Positions 1 to 15,600 of a DNA stretch of 64,000 bases are shown here, piece after piece. The number at the start of each line of letters is the position of its first letter. The stretch's first letter is position 1. The DNA is from Phoronis australis (taxonomy: Eukaryota > Animalia > Phoronida). The notes under the pieces were generated by a model that saw only the letters and a program-made list of their open reading frames with translations, did no database searches and was not told where the DNA came from. The stretch lies in assembly GCA_002633005.1 (NCBI GenBank), contig NMRA01000192.1, forward strand, positions 471,140 to 535,139. Direction: 5' to 3'. The translations under genes and the position numbers were made by a program.

Positions 1-54
1 GATTTTTGAGCCCCTAGTTTGCAATGGAATGAGACCCCAAAATTCGCCATTATG

Positions 55-240
55 TACAGTCGTCAGAGATGTTTAATACACTTTATGGTCGGATAATTAC
101 ATTTAATTGGGTCTTGCTCGCATCGGGCAATGCGGTCATCACAGTACCTTATTCCGGCGCCGCAGTCTCTTTGATCCTGGTACAAGCCGCTCAGAAGGAC
201 GAGCGGTGAAAATTCCGAGCCGACAAATCTTTAGAAATGC
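55..240 (+). repeat. Dispersed repeat fragment homologous to ~46830-47010
   Basis: Shared blocks attgggtcttg.tcg, aagccgctcagaag, gcggtgaaaatt and tctttagaaatg. Confidence 0.55.
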
Positions 241-2000
241 GTGACTTCCTTGTAAGGTATTATTCACGGTATAAACTATACAACCATATAGCAGGAACTA
301 AACGACAATGCTATATGAGCATCATCTACGCAAAACAATTAAAGTGCAGTTGTATTCATTGACAACTTGTAAATGTGAACAAATCTGCGAATAGGTGGCC
401 TTTGCACTAATGACGTACCCTGGGGGCTCACACAACCCGTATCATGCAGTATTATTCCCAACACCACGCCACCATACTAATTGGACACGATTAAGTGATT
501 TACGGAGATCATTTTCGACACATAACTCGTTCGTGAAAACATTTGGCAATTTTCGTCATATTCAGGTTGTCGATATGCAGCACACATCACGAATTTTTGT
601 CCGACGGGTCGGATATTGGTCGTCTAGCCGACCAACAGCGGTCGGCTAGGAGCCGTCTGCTGAGTCGCCTCTGCGGTTGGCACTTGGGCGGCAAAGTGGT
701 CGCCTGGCATAAACGACCAATTCGGATTATGCGTGTCCTTGGTTGGCAATTACCATTTTATGACTTAGCGGGTGAACGTACTTGAAACATTTAACTGTTC
801 GCTGTTCGTTCACCAGTGGCCACTCCGCGGGTCTTGACGTCGGTTTAGGGCCTATCAACTTTTGTTCAACTATTGAAACATGGTAAAATCGAATCAACCT
901 ACAAATTCGAATTGCGTGAAATTAAACCAACGTTAACTTTATGTTGAATTGCTGACGGCGTGGTCAAATCAAACGTAAAATGATATCGCATAAACATAAT
1001 TACGAACTCTAGATATAATGGGGCTTAATTCTTATACATTATGCTTAAAAAAGTATCAACAACAAAGAAATTTGAGATGTTACAGTAAATTTGCATAAAA
1101 ATCAGAACAGAACGCTGGATTTTTTACGACCTCAAGTGTTTTCATGCCGTGGAATACTCAACAAGTAGCACGCATTTGCGGTCATCCGTTATTGCATGCA
1201 CTTGATCATAACTTCATCACGCTGTATATTGCGCTTTCTCACAGATAATTATTGTTTATTTTTGTACAGTTTCTTAATATGTTGGTACAGCAATAGACCA
1301 AAAGTTTATTTTAGGAGCAACATTAACAATGGTTTGAACATAGCGCAGATATTAAGATCATGGGCGCATGAAAACCGAAGAATGTGATCGGTTATAGTAT
1401 CAGCCATGATCCATCATCATTCTGAATTTGTTGTCACTTTCGGAGTAAAACATCGTTTCGAAGTCATTCCTATCTAGCCAGCTAGCTGTATAAAGACTAT
1501 CGTCAAAACACAGCAAGGTGGCACTACGTATTGAGCTCCGACAAACCTCGAAATTGGCACACAGCCCGCCATACTTACGCAAGTCACTGAGACCACGTCG
1601 TGAAATAGTTGTAACATGAGCTCAAGACAGGCGGGTGTGCATGCAAAATCTGGAAGCCAATTGACACTCAGCTTCTTCGGTCTCTAATTTGACCAAGCAA
1701 TCAGAGATGAGGAATTAGCATGCAAGTTCCACTTTAAGCACTCTTGTGGTCATATTTTGGTACCTTGTTCATCTAATCAGTGTGGAGAGTACTCTAGGCG
1801 GCTCGTCTATTGTATATTAAGTGAGCCCTGTTCGAGTTTTGGGTCCATACACCATGTTTTAAGAAGTGCAGCACTCTGTTTGATGGTGGGTAAGCTGTGT
1901 TTGACAACACTAGTACTGCTCTCACCAACCGTGTTCATGAATAGTCAATGGTCAGGAACAGCGAGAGAGAAACAGTGAACCATTGCCTAAAAAAGAACAA

Positions 2001-2006
2001 TTTATT
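2001..2006 (-). terminator. Candidate polyadenylation signal (AATAAA) for HSF1, implying a ~1.6 kb 3' UTR
   Basis: tttatt on the + strand, followed on the - strand by a T-rich tract. A more proximal AATAAA lies at ~3245-3250. Confidence 0.4.
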
Positions 2007-3634
2007 AAACATATAAGTTTGTACTTATACAATTACCAGTTATTGAAATACATTATCAACAATAAGCAATAACAAACAAAAACTAAGGACTGAGAGAAAG
2101 CACTTAGTGTTACTTTAGACTAGGTTGAGCTAAGTGTTCTCGAGCCTTCCTTTACAAAGATTATTCTGAGGAAGCATAGGCTTAGGGGGCGCCCTGGGGA
2201 ACGGGGGGGGGGGGTCAACTTATACTGTAATAATGACAGCAACATGATTCAGCACCGTGCTTTCTTAAAAGAGTCGACCCTCAAGTCTTGTTCTCAAGTT
2301 AAATTTAAACTTAAAAGTGAAGATATCTTTCAGGACGTTTTCGGTGTTGTGAGATACCCTGTTAATGAAGTGGTCCTGAACAAGATCAAGTGAGACTTTT
2401 CCAACATGAATCCCTGAAATAGTATTCGCCCAGCACAACAGAGTGAAAGTTGGAAATGAAACATTTGTTTTGTACTAAAGGATTGATCAGAGTTTGTGTA
2501 TAAGCAAGAACCTGTTTCCTGGATTTTTAGTCAAGACAGCAGATTTGCCACAAATTTCAATTAAGCAAGGATTTGTTTGCAACTTCGTCCTCACCCAAGC
2601 CCCACACTCTGTTTCTCTTTGACAGCCTGCAACAGTGAGGAAGTTTCACGACATAATTACAGGTGCTGTAAGAAAATACTAGCAGAGCAAGCACCCAAAA
2701 ATGAAACCAGAGGATTTTCTGTCGCTCACTTCATCATTCATATCAGTGTTATATCCTATGGTGTTAAGAAGAACTAAAATTCTTAAAGACAAAAAGGTGT
2801 TATTGAAAAGTCGTTCGAGACCTACTGAATCAATTGTATTGTTCATTTCATGGTTTTCAAGTCACTCCACTTCAACTCTCAATCGCCAAACACTTCTTCC
2901 TACATCTATGTGAAGGCAATAACAGCTTTATGAAACATATAAAGTTGACCTAACAAGACAGAAACTTAACTATGTCAATGAAATCTACGCACACTCCCTC
3001 ATCACAAACTCACTGTGACTCAACTTACTTTGAATTCAGATAACAGATTCCAACAAACACGAGTTCATTCCAACAAATATTTGTCTTAACAAATCCACAC
3101 ACAATTCGATAGTCGGATACCATAAGGGTGTTGATCTGCCAAACCTTTCATTGCGCAGCGAACAAAGCCCCAGTTTCATCTTCACCAAAACTGAGCTTCA
3201 GTTGCAAAGTCATACATATGCCTGCTGTGACGCAAGTTTACACCTTTATTGCTAGAACAATAACAACTCCTTAGTGCCATGCAGTGCTCGAGTACTATGC
3301 ACAGCTTTCAGCGTTAAAACTAAGAATAAGAATGTCAAGGCCTTCCTATCACTGTGACCTGTCACTTCGAGCTGTGCCATCTCTTCTTGGTGTTGACAGG
3401 TCCACTACAGTCACATGGGAAACCACTGCAACATGGTCATTTGTCAGTTAATGGACACTCGAGTTCATTCCACTTCTAATAGACCACATGCAGTAAACTT
3501 CTATTGTGAAGACAACGTACGACAAACGTTCCATCTCCAGTCGATCAAGCCCTATCCACTTTTAGTCGACTTCCTCCAGCAGACCATTATTAGCGCCAAT
3601 CACATCATCTCATAATACAAAGCTCCGCCCACTT

Positions 3635-6600
3635 CTAGTCCACCTCCTCCAATAAGCCACTGCTATCTAGCGGCGGTTCTGAACTCTCCATGATGTCGGG
3701 TGTAACGAGATTGCTAGAGTCCGGTAATATGGCTTCTCCTGTTAGGGGATTGGTCAGTGCCTCACTATCGGTGTCCAGCACAGAGAAGTCGGGGAAAACA
3801 ATAGGACGGTATTCCACCAGTTCATTACCTGCAAACCGGATAGTAAGATTTAGGAACTTGGTAAATAAATTGGTAAAACATTGAACACTAAAATTTAGTA
3901 AACCGTAAGAATTGAAAATGCAGACTAATAAAGATCACAGCAATGCGGTTTTATTTGGGAGATAATAGATACATGTATAGTTCAAATCATGCCTTATATG
4001 GCGGCATGGTATTGGAAACAGCAAATAACAGATGAAGAAACTCATTCGTGTTGTGTCTTTGGAGTAGGTCATTAAACTCTACATTAAGAAAGATTTTACG
4101 TGGGTTTATTTTATTACCAGAAATAATTGGACAGCTGATTTCAAAAGATTTTGCTGAAACTGGTGACAGGAAGTGCTTCGATAACATTTTTTTTTAACGT
4201 CAGGAATAAACTATGAAAGAACAACTCTTGGAACACTCAAAAATATTTGATGGGAGTCCATTATTATATAATATAAAGCCTAAATTTCGAACTTGTGTTT
4301 TGTTAAAGCAATATTGTTCTATTGTCAACTTTATCACTTTTAATGCATATCACTCTGAACTGTCATTTTTAGCACAGATACGTGCAAGGATACTCCCAAT
4401 GCACCTGGAAATGGGGCAATATGTAAACACACTTCTTGAAGAAAGAATATCTTTACGCAGTAATTTAGAATCTGCTAAGATGAAATGCATTTTATTATGA
4501 TGTGGCTAACAGGTGGCGTGTAGACCAGACTGAAAAATGTTTGTGATTGTTTCATTATTGTTCATCCTTTATATAACTCACTGAGGGATGATATGTTTTA
4601 TGACCTTTTCCATACATGTACATAATTACAGGGCAGGAAATTTTTAAAGACAATTTGCAAAATATATGTCAGTCACAACACTAATAAGCTTAAAATTCAG
4701 TCTACGAGGTGCACTAATCGTTATCCGAAAATTTGCAACGTCAATCTTTTAGATAATTGTTGAGATTTCGGCTAAAAAAATGCTCTTTGGTATCCTCACG
4801 AGAGGACAAACAATTGTAGTCGACTAAATCAACAAATTGACGGGATACTCGATTACTTGATTTTTCTTTCATGAAACATCGGGGATTAAGACTGCAAAAT
4901 TGCCCCAACAATTCTACCAAATTTCACGATGACCCCTTCAAAACCTCGGTAAGATATCAAGGCAGACGCAAAATATAAAACTGCCACTAGAGGCAGATTC
5001 ACCTGAAAACAGATATTAACAGTGCCCTTCTACCTTAAAACCTAAGTCAAGTTTTACTATGGCTATTCAACAAACATGGTAGATTTTGAAGCAGGAACAC
5101 AAAAGATAAAACTGCCACTGGGAGGCACATATCATGATGATCCTTCAAGGCATTTGGCAAACGCCAAACAAAGGAACCAAACACAACATGGCAAAATCGT
5201 CCAAAACAGTTGGGTGACATGACCTTGATTAAAACGGATCTATAAAGTTTCATAAAGGTCTCTTAAAAGACTTAGAAAACATGAAAGCAAAAGCAAAAAT
5301 CATTACCTCTGAGGTGTATAGGAGTAGTTGGATCAACTAGGGTACACAAAATACACTGTACTCGCACAAAGAAAAGAGAGTCACTGTTTCCTTTAATTAA
5401 CCAACTAATTTGTCGTGAAAATCCATCAAGTAACTCTAACAGAAAATGGAGACGAGTGTAAAAAAATCAACAAGTTACAAGGCGGCACAATACTAGTTGA
5501 TGATTCCATCTGAGATTATGAACGACGCCCGGAAACATGCCTAGTAAAACATTTCACACAAATCCATCAAAAGGTTTTAAGTGACTAAGTCCCAGACACC
5601 GCAGAGGGATGACAGCAATGCGCTCACACATGTATGTGGCTCATAAACAAACAAACAAGTCTTCTACATACCAACAACACGAGAGTCATCCTTTTCATTG
5701 GTGTCTTTGGCAGGAACCTGTAAATAAAGCACAATGTCTCATAAAAGAATATTTTGCTCTACGACCAGTTTAAGCCGGATATTCAAGGAAACATTTTCTG
5801 TTACAAAGTGACGGCCATAAGATTCCAGTGTTGACCCAAACAGGCCACTATCAACGATAGCGGCGAAGTGTCTTGTCTTTCAGGTCACAATATGGCTCAC
5901 TTAAAAAACAGATATTCCCATTTTGAAGAGGGATCGCTCATTTCTCACTTCGCTTTCAAAGATGCATGGATTCTTAAATGACATGTCAATTTCCATTCGA
6001 CAGACGCCCACATTTACTTGTGGACTCTTTTCAGCTCAGCCACAAATATAAATGAACTGCACCAGTTCTGACCACGCCCAGGTATACCTTGAGAAAGGTG
6101 AAAGTTAAGACCAAGATTAAAATGATCAGTGGTCTTATTCGCTAGTGTTTAAGCACAAAAAATTATCTGACAGGTGCATGGGGACTATAAAACTAAGTTA
6201 AACACTTACAGGCATGTCAGGCATTGACAACAAACTGTCAGGTCCAAACAACTGAAAGGAAAAGCATAGAAATCATTAGACAACAGTTTGATAGCACGGT
6301 TAAGCGCTATTCTGGGCACACTGATTTCAAACACCTAATTTGGATTGGAACAGCCATCAACCCAAACAACTTCATTCCAAGTAAGGTCAACTATAATTTC
6401 ATAGTGCCAGGACAGATGACTATCCAAAAGATGATCATGGTAGTGCACATTTCCCAACACACACCTCTGCGTCTAAGTTTTGGCAAAATTTGTCATTTGA
6501 TAAGAAGAAATTTCATGTCAAAAACCTAACAGCCAACAGAGGGTACCACGGTGGCGCATTACCGCAAGGTAACTCTGACTAAGGTTTTGCCAAAAATCAT

Positions 6601-9600
6601 CAAGTTGTTACAGACAAGAATTTCTTGTTCAAAACTATCTACAATTTACAGGGAATGTGACAGAGTTCAAATTTTCTAAAAATCAATTGGTGCCGACAGA
6701 CACCCGAATTTTACCATGATCAGTCAAGTAATTTTCGAGACAAGTAGCGCTTACGATGAATGACGAACAGACAGGATGTTGACTAAATGCAACCGTATAA
6801 CTTTTTGTGGGCACATAAAAATTGAGACAACTCCACATTTTTCTGACAAGCTTCGTTGTCCTAAATAGTAGAAACCATCCAAGATTTAAAGAGTTTCACC
6901 ATAATCCAGAATGCTACATGCAACCATCCTTAGGTGATTGAGTCAAAATCTTTTACCCCGAACAAGAATAATCATGACTTCAGTAAAGCTGAAAAGTGTA
7001 AGTGCCCAAATTGTAACCAACACTCAACTTGCACTGATAAGAAACACTTGGACGTGTATTGAGAAGACACTGAAGACAGTTTGTGCCAATGTACCTCGAG
7101 TATGGCATTGGGATCAAAGTAATATTGATTGCCTGATAACATGTCCTTGAAAGCGTCAACGTCAGCAGTGAGGCACTCCAACTGTTCAGCTACATCGTTG
7201 CTACTGTAATGAGCAAAGACAACAGTTGGAAACGCACTTAAATATCACAACTAAGGCTATTGGCCAAGATTTTTCGCCCGTTGTTTTATAGGATTAATTG
7301 AGTGAACAGCGCAAATCATAGTCAGATAAAAGCAATGAACTTGAGAGGTGCTATTAAAAATTAGGTGCCATAAACCTGTACATTTTCTCTAAAACCTTTT
7401 CTGTTAAAAAATGATATATAATGATTCAGGCCACTTACTGGAACAAAACTGGTTTGAACTTGTTGCAATTTCTGGGTTTCCAAAGAATTTACAGTTTGGT
7501 AATTCTGCTTGATACACAGGTTGGTAAGTTAGCTTGATCCCGATTGTCATTTTATGAGCCAAAGGTAGTTGCCACCTTGACCTGTAGGGTCATTTTATGC
7601 GTAAAGTATGGGTTCAAGCAATGACAAGTTGTCAGTTTGAAAGCCAAGAAATGACTTGTAGCCCATTCGAGAACTTAAGAAAGTTGACACCACCAGTTTT
7701 GTACGATTAAGTGGCCTGAATAAAAAAGGACCATTAGTGGCAATTTGTCCTCAATTTCAAGATCAGTTTTAAATGGTCTAACTAGCTTGTGTAATAATGA
7801 TTGACTGAATTATAAAAAAAATAACTCTCACAAAGTTGAATTTTTATTTGCCACTTTGTAATTTGAGTCCGTGCATGTCAAATAAATGATTTGAATTTGC
7901 AAAAAATGTAACATTTTTGGCAATAACCAGCAGAAGTTTCACTAGAACTAAAACAATATTCCCATTAACAATACATTTTTGAGAAACCACAACAGAAGCA
8001 GCTCCAAAGCCCTGTTGTCGCTGCATTGTTCAGTGAAATAGTGCAACACACTATAAGGTCACATACTAGGTTTTTCACAACAATTGTGCAGTTTTTCATA
8101 ACAAAGCTTAGAAAGCGTGGTTTTCATCTCTTTCAGGTATAAAATTATTAACAGCCATAGCCAAAACTCGTCATGGCTCTTGACAGAAAACTTCCATTAC
8201 GTAAGTAGCTATTCAGTACCTCGAAATAAGACAACACCCACAACTTAACAGTTCTGAGTCAGTAATCGAAAGTAGCATTTGGATTCTGGCAAAAAACTAT
8301 TTGCTAATCATAATCGACCGGCAATTGCTTTCGATAGTTACTTAGCCTTTCCAATGTCAAGAGACAGGTTTGGTTTTGACTTTGCCGGGAGACCAACAGC
8401 AGTGCAGGAAGTGTGTCCATGGCTGAAATTCAGGAAACTGTTGAACCAGGGAATCGTCTCCCCTGGTTCAGTCAATCAAGAAATCAGGGCAATACAACAT
8501 TTGGTATGGCCCAAGATAAGGTAGTACTAGAAGAATTGATGTAAAATGAGCTGTGTCACAAGACATTGAATTGAGAGCTACCTTGCAATTAAACAGCAGA
8601 AATTAAAATATTCAAGCCAAATCGTTGTTAAGTCACACAAGACCAACACACATTACTCTAATTATTAATACATATGCTATAGACTGATTACAAACTATAA
8701 CGACTAAAAATGAAAACCAATTTTTTTTTTAAAAACTTGATTCAGATACAGATCCTTTGTAAGACACTGAATTTTGATGACTTAAAGAAAACACTATTAG
8801 TTGTAGTTTTTGACAAAACACAGCATTTATTGAACGAAAATGCAAAATGGTTGTATGTGCTTTAATAGTAATTGTAGCTTAATTCTTTTAAAGACATTTT
8901 TGCAGCAACGTTAAAATCCAAAATGTCTCCTCCATTACGAAAAGCTGGGAACAGTTTATCTCCTTAAAGAGCTTCAATGTTAACCACAAGTTTCTATATG
9001 ATACATGTTTAGTAAAAAGCACATTAATGATGCAGTCAACTTTTTCTCAAAAAAAAATGCAAACTTTTAACATGTGTCAGCCATCTTGTATGCTCAATTG
9101 AAAAGCGTTTACTATATTGACCATGATTCAGGGACAACTATGCAAATCAGCAAGCATTAGCGCCACCTAGTATTGTTACCTAATCATCTGTGATGGCTCC
9201 AACGCAACATGTGGCAGAGGCTCTGAACTGTACGCACCCATGTAGTGCACACGTCACGTAATGCAAGGACACTGACCTTAGGCTTTGTTCAAAAGGACAC
9301 ACACCAGCTGAACTTTAGATTACAAGTGATGTCACATATCTTATATGTACCTGTCCAAATTGCTAGGTTGCTCCATCACAGCAACACTAGACGATGGTTC
9401 TGTTGTCCGCAGGGACGCAGCGGAGCCAGCTTCCACTTCACTGACCAAGTCATCTAAATCGATGGTCTGAAAAACGAGTCACATTGGCAGGTTACAGTCA
9501 TCAAAAATGCCTGTTTCCTTCAACAACCATGTGTTTGTACTTCAAGACTGCATGTGATGATCTGGCAGTGGAGAGCACTTGCTACTGTTGTGTCCAGAGT

Positions 9601-12600
9601 ACAAGAAACCTTCTTGTAGTGCTAATTAACAACATTAAGCCGTTAACAGTTAATATAATCATCAGGTTTCCACACAGATATTTGGCTATTGGCCAACTTA
9701 CACTTTAAATTAAAAAATAAAATGAAAAACAATGCCTTGATTTTGGGGCCAAACATCGACCTCATTCCCTTCCGGAAATAATTTCAATATCACGCAAAAT
9801 TCTTCTTACCCTATCCCAATACTCTCTCGAATGACTAAAGTTCCTCTCGAGCTATCACTTACAGAGAGCTACGGCATCAGGAAGTTTTAACTAAACAGTC
9901 CACTAGTTCCTCGGGGGAAATCGCCAGTTCTAATTTCTTCAATCTCCTGATTCATCGTAATGGTGTCAAATAATCTAGCAAAGAAGGCTAGCCCTCTCAA
10001 CATGGGCACAAAGTGGTCACCTAGGTGATCGTACGTTATTTTTACTTCTTAGTACCAAGCTGATACTGCTTAGCGACAACAGCATCTCTTAAAGTTCACA
10101 CTTCTTATATGCCATGCTTATGTTAATTCATTGTAGATATGTAGCACTGCCATATACTGCAGACTGTACTTTTTGCCTTCGTATTGAACAATTTGTAGGA
10201 TTTTAGTGCCATTATGAAATTACAAGACTCTCAGACTGATAAATTGACTTTGTAGGTAACAAAATAACAAGCTAGTGTTCGCAAACCAAACTGTTTCTGG
10301 GTGTATTGTCTTGCCTTTCACTCAGACTTATGACTTTGCATGGTCCAGTGCGATTTCACTCATCTCACCCTGATGCACTCAGAGAGGACGGTCACAAACG
10401 TTTGATATTTCGTCCCACCATATGAACGAGGTGATCCAAACAATAAATTCTATGTTCCCTTGATTAAATTTTGACATTGTCTCCAAACCAATCTACCAAC
10501 CTCAGGTTCACCGATGTGAGGTGGGTTGTCCAACAATACTGGTTCCAGACAGAGAGGGTCAACAGTGGTGGCGGGTGTGCCTGCCACCTCTTCAATGATT
10601 GGTCCACTGGTGGCCAGCTCTGTAACCTTCAACGGTTGCGTTACCGATGATGTTGAAGGCTGTAATAGTAACAGTGTGGTCATGATGAGTTTACTTAGTG
10701 GATACTAGAGTTTTAAAAACTTTACACTTATATCCAACATTCATCTAAACATAGCAAATTTGAAATAACCAAGGCAATCTTAGCCCTTATTCTGCGCTAG
10801 GCGAGGTCAGCCGACATGCCAATTATCCTATTGCAATGCGTTGGGTGTACTCAATCAACTATGATAAGATGCAGCAGGGCTGCGCTGGGAGAGTGCACTC
10901 ACACAGGACACTTGTGATTTTCATTCAGATAAGAGCCCCAGAACATTGTTTAGATATGTGAGTATGGGCATTCCATAGTTCAGTTTCCTCTACATTTCTC
11001 TGATTTAAACCATATGGCTGTGATTACTAGTTTGGGAGATACTGGCAGGTTTATGTACTAACTGTAGACACATAGGTTCATTATATGGCTGGAGCCAGAC
11101 GTGAGAGGATGACAGTGGATCAGTTTACTGTCACTAAGGCTATGATGAAGATTTACATATGGTGAAAATCTCCATTAAATTCTAGACAACTTTTATGTTG
11201 GCTTCTTTTCTGTGGAATTAACATTTCCCCTTCAAAATTCCAATTTAAAATTGTTAGGTCATTTGTCTGGGGGTGACCTCCACAAACAGCTTAGTGTACA
11301 GCAGTAGTGGTGACCTACTTAGCCCAGCACACAGGGAAAGTAGTCTGAATAGAGGCTCTGACAGCAAGATGAGGGTTAGAGCAAAAATTTATTAATTGAT
11401 TTTTCTCAAAATGCAACAGTCATTTGAATAAAAAAATAATTGAAGTCTCCCACCTGTACAGAATAGGATTGGTCTTGAACCTCATCAAATCTCGTCACTT
11501 TGGGCTTCACCGAGTCCTCCAACATGGGCATCGCTCTCTTAAGAGGGCGCTGGTTGCTGCCCACTACAGTGATCAGAAACTGGACAAGCTGTAGTGGAGA
11601 AGTTATCGATAAAATAATTCAGTATCTAACACAGACATACAACTATTCAGTGTTATGAGAGTATGAAGACTTAAGCACGACCCAACTTCATACATTTGGT
11701 GATGAGCAAGAGTGGCCAAATTGAAAAAGGTGAGATACAACCTCTTGTTCACAAGAACAGGTTTGTGTAAATCACTTGTTAAATGCCATGTTGCGTAACA
11801 GTCTGAGGTGATTCGACAGCAAGATGACCGCAAACAATTAATAGTCGCTTTCTGACAACACCAGGCAAAAATGAGATATCATGGGAACATGTCATGTCAC
11901 AACAAACTTTCATCATATACACCATTTGTTTATTTTTGCCCCAAAGATTTTTATAACAATTGAATTTCAACTGTTTTTTTTATTGTGAATAAAATTCCAC
12001 CTTAATCAGAAAAATGAGAAGAAAGATTCTGAATGAAATATCATTAGGTTAGCACATTTCCAATCAGACACGGCAGGATGCTACTTAACTGTATTCGACT
12101 ACTAAAAAATAGGATTGTCACCTTACAATTGCAACAACAAAAGGGCAGAGGTAGGTTTCAATCCTTGGATCCCCTAGGTCTAACTTACTTTACGTCTAGT
12201 ATGCCATGCTAAACAGAGTCGGTGCAATTAAAATTTCACTACACTTTTCCGGCTCATTCACACACCGTGTGTATACGACTAATGTCCAGACCATCACATG
12301 CACATACAACATGCTACTCATTGTCATTTCAGAGGGTCACATTTTCTATTTAGAACGCATTCCAAAATAATATGAGATTTTCACAAAGTCTCAAAAATTT
12401 TTTTCACTCAATTCAATTGAAAGTGGGTGCAATAGATAGTCTTTTTAGTTGTGATGTCATTTCAAAATTTACTTTGGCAAAATGAGCTTTTAATTAGCTG
12501 TAATTAACGTTTGAAAACTCACGTTCCATGTGACAAAGGGCATTTCTCACATGGAACATTGCATTCTCACATGTGACATTTGAATGTTCCATGTGAGATT

Positions 12601-15600
12601 TTTTGAGTTGTGCCATGTTACAAATAGAAATGGTACATGGCACAAACACTATATTTGTGACATGGGCTTTTCATAGCACAATGATATAATGAATTTTAGG
12701 AGAAATTTTTGCATTTAGTCAATAAAAATNTGGAATGCGTTTTAGGTTCTAGAACAAAGTACTTTCATGGGAGCTTAAAAAGGACGCAATCTTAAATCGA
12801 AATTTGAAAAATTTCATGTGCCATTTTGACAATGCTGAGGCTCCCAAGTAGAAGGAACAGCCCAAAATTAAGACACTTTCGCCATTTGGGTCATTTTGGA
12901 CTTGGAAGGGGTAACTAGTCCCCATTGTAGCTTAGAAGGTTGAGGAAGGTTGTAAGTCACGGGCGTCATTCACACACAACGGGCCTTTTGAAATTGACAT
13001 ACAAGGTCAGTGAAAGTAGTTCTTTGTGAGCCCTGCTCTTAGTCATACAACTGTCCCAGTTGGACTGTGCATTAAGTAAACACAGGTTAAAGGGTTTAGG
13101 ATCCTTACTGGGGAAATGTTTGTTTTAGCACACCCTGTGGATCAGTGAAAAGGCAAGCCCACAATGGGCTGCTGGTGTCCAGGTAACAATTATTTATATT
13201 AAGAATCATAGTTAAATTCATTTGTAAGATTGTAAGCTTTTGTTTTCAACATTCTGAGATCAGGGCTTGGAATGACCCATGACAAAAAAAGCGGAAATTT
13301 TTACGGCCCAAAACAAGCGCGCACCCAGCCTTGAAAATGTCGATGTGGACCTTATGCCGACAAAAATCGGCAGGACTAAAAAAAAAGGTACTACCTTCAG
13401 AAGCGTGCGTCTGCGTCTTTTTAGCTTGTCCGTCCACTCCCACCTCCACACATTTTTGGCTACGAGTCGTAGTGTTTGTCACCGCGGTTTACAATAACAC
13501 GAGACGCCATTGAAGAAATCCACCACGCTATACCAGGTGCCCCAGCAATGTTGACAATTTACGTTCCTCCGAAACGTAAAGAGCAACTTCCGCTTTTGGA
13601 GGTGAAAGTCGTTGGCAACACCGCAGTAAGAAAGAAATTTGCCGCGTAAATTTTAATATCAAATCCGATTTTTTTTACGCGGAAATATAATAAAATACGC
13701 GGACAGAACATTTGAAAAAAGAGGAAATCCGCGTTTCCGCGGAAAATTCCAAGCCTTGTGAGATATGACTTCACAGTAAGGCCTTGATTTTAATAAACGA
13801 TGAAAGCCAATAACTTCATCTGAGTTACAGCAATGGTTTTGACTTTCGGAAGGTCATGACATTTTTCACTGATGGTAGCAAGATGCCAGATGGTATAACC
13901 CTAGGACATGGCTTTCATGAAACCGAGTGCTGGGCAATAAACACAGTGTCCAAACATGATACTGTCAAACCCACCACTTTCAACATTTCAATGGGAGTTG
14001 ACGTAGCAGTGAAGTTTCTTTTGCTTTAAGACAAGGTTGGGAAGTTAGACAGAAAGTGAGATGGTTTTTCAATCGATGGCTAATCATGGCAACCATATAG
14101 AGAAAGTGTGGGTGTTGACAGCATTAGATGAGGTCATGTGACTACTCAGACAGCTATCACAGAACACGACACTACTTACTTTGCTCACAATCTGCTGCTG
14201 TTTTGCATGCTTCTGCCTCAGTAGTGCCATTTCTCGCCACAACATTTCATTCTCCCTATAACAAACATTTTAATTAGTAAAAGTGACAAGGAAATCATTC
14301 AACACAAAGCAATTACATTGTTTGCCTAATCATCAGTAGACCCGTTACCCAATTTTCAGAATAAATCAGGAAACACAGCTTGCTATCTGGAGATGGAGGA
14401 GAATAACAGCATTACACGAGGCATGCATTCTGGCTGTTTTAGCCCACCAGCCCCCCCCGCAATTGTTCAAATGCTTGAGATTATCATCTGTATTACACCG
14501 ATGGTGACAAACACCTGCAACTTGACAGCCATGACTAAAGTTGAGAAATGCGGCATGACGTACCACTTAGAAAACATAATTCACAACTGTGGAATACAAA
14601 ATTTTCAAACTTCAGGGCAGGAAACTTCATTTCATAATAAGTCGACTTGATATCAACAGTGATTCATTGATGTTTGGTATAGTAAACCACCTATTAAGCT
14701 ACCAGACACGACTCACTACAGTGATCTGGCCTAACTGACAAACATTACCTTTGGGCAACCAGTAAAAATAACGCCAGCCAGTCAAATTATTAGACAAACA
14801 ACACTCACATGCGCTGGATTTCAACAACATTGAATAAAAACAAAAAAAAAACATGCATTTGCTAATCTCCACTCAAACGAACAGAGATTCCAACAACAAA
14901 CCTCTGAAGGTTGGCCAGCTTGGACGTCATTCTCTCCTGCCGTCCACTGATCTGTCGCACATCGGTCAACACTTTGGACACATCCTCTTGTTTCAACTTC
15001 ACTTCATCACCCTTTACATTGGCCCCGACACTCTGTCAAGAGAACATGCATCTAGAAACCGAAGCTACTCTATTAACTGAGAGGTTTATCATAACTTTAC
15101 AGACCAAAGGCAGGCAGTCAAATCCCCAAGAGCAGCTGAATGCCCCAGTCCTAAGCACCAAGCCATTTTTAGTTAACAGTCTGATTTAAACCAGCAATTA
15201 GGTAAATGGTCTCAAGATTTTGTGATGGATGAGTCTAGGAAATACAGTACAAAGTGGCTAGTAAAACCATTCCTACTTTCAAAGTTGTTGTTAATATATG
15301 CCCTAAGAAACAAGGGTGAAGTGTATTGTCAATTATAGCAGTAAATTGTAAGACATGATGCATGCAAAACACAGAGAAAGCAACTAGACAAAATGTGATT
15401 TTTAATGATTAACCCACAGCAATAACTTGAAACGCTAGATTTACCTTTCGTTTAATTTTCCCAAGTAGATCTTCACGTCCCCGCATGAAGTACATGTGTT
15501 GAAACTCAATGTCGTCCGCCTCCACTTTCACAAGGCCTCCATGATCCAAACCTGTCACTTTCTTGAAACCATCTGAGAATCAATACAAATGAATCACATG

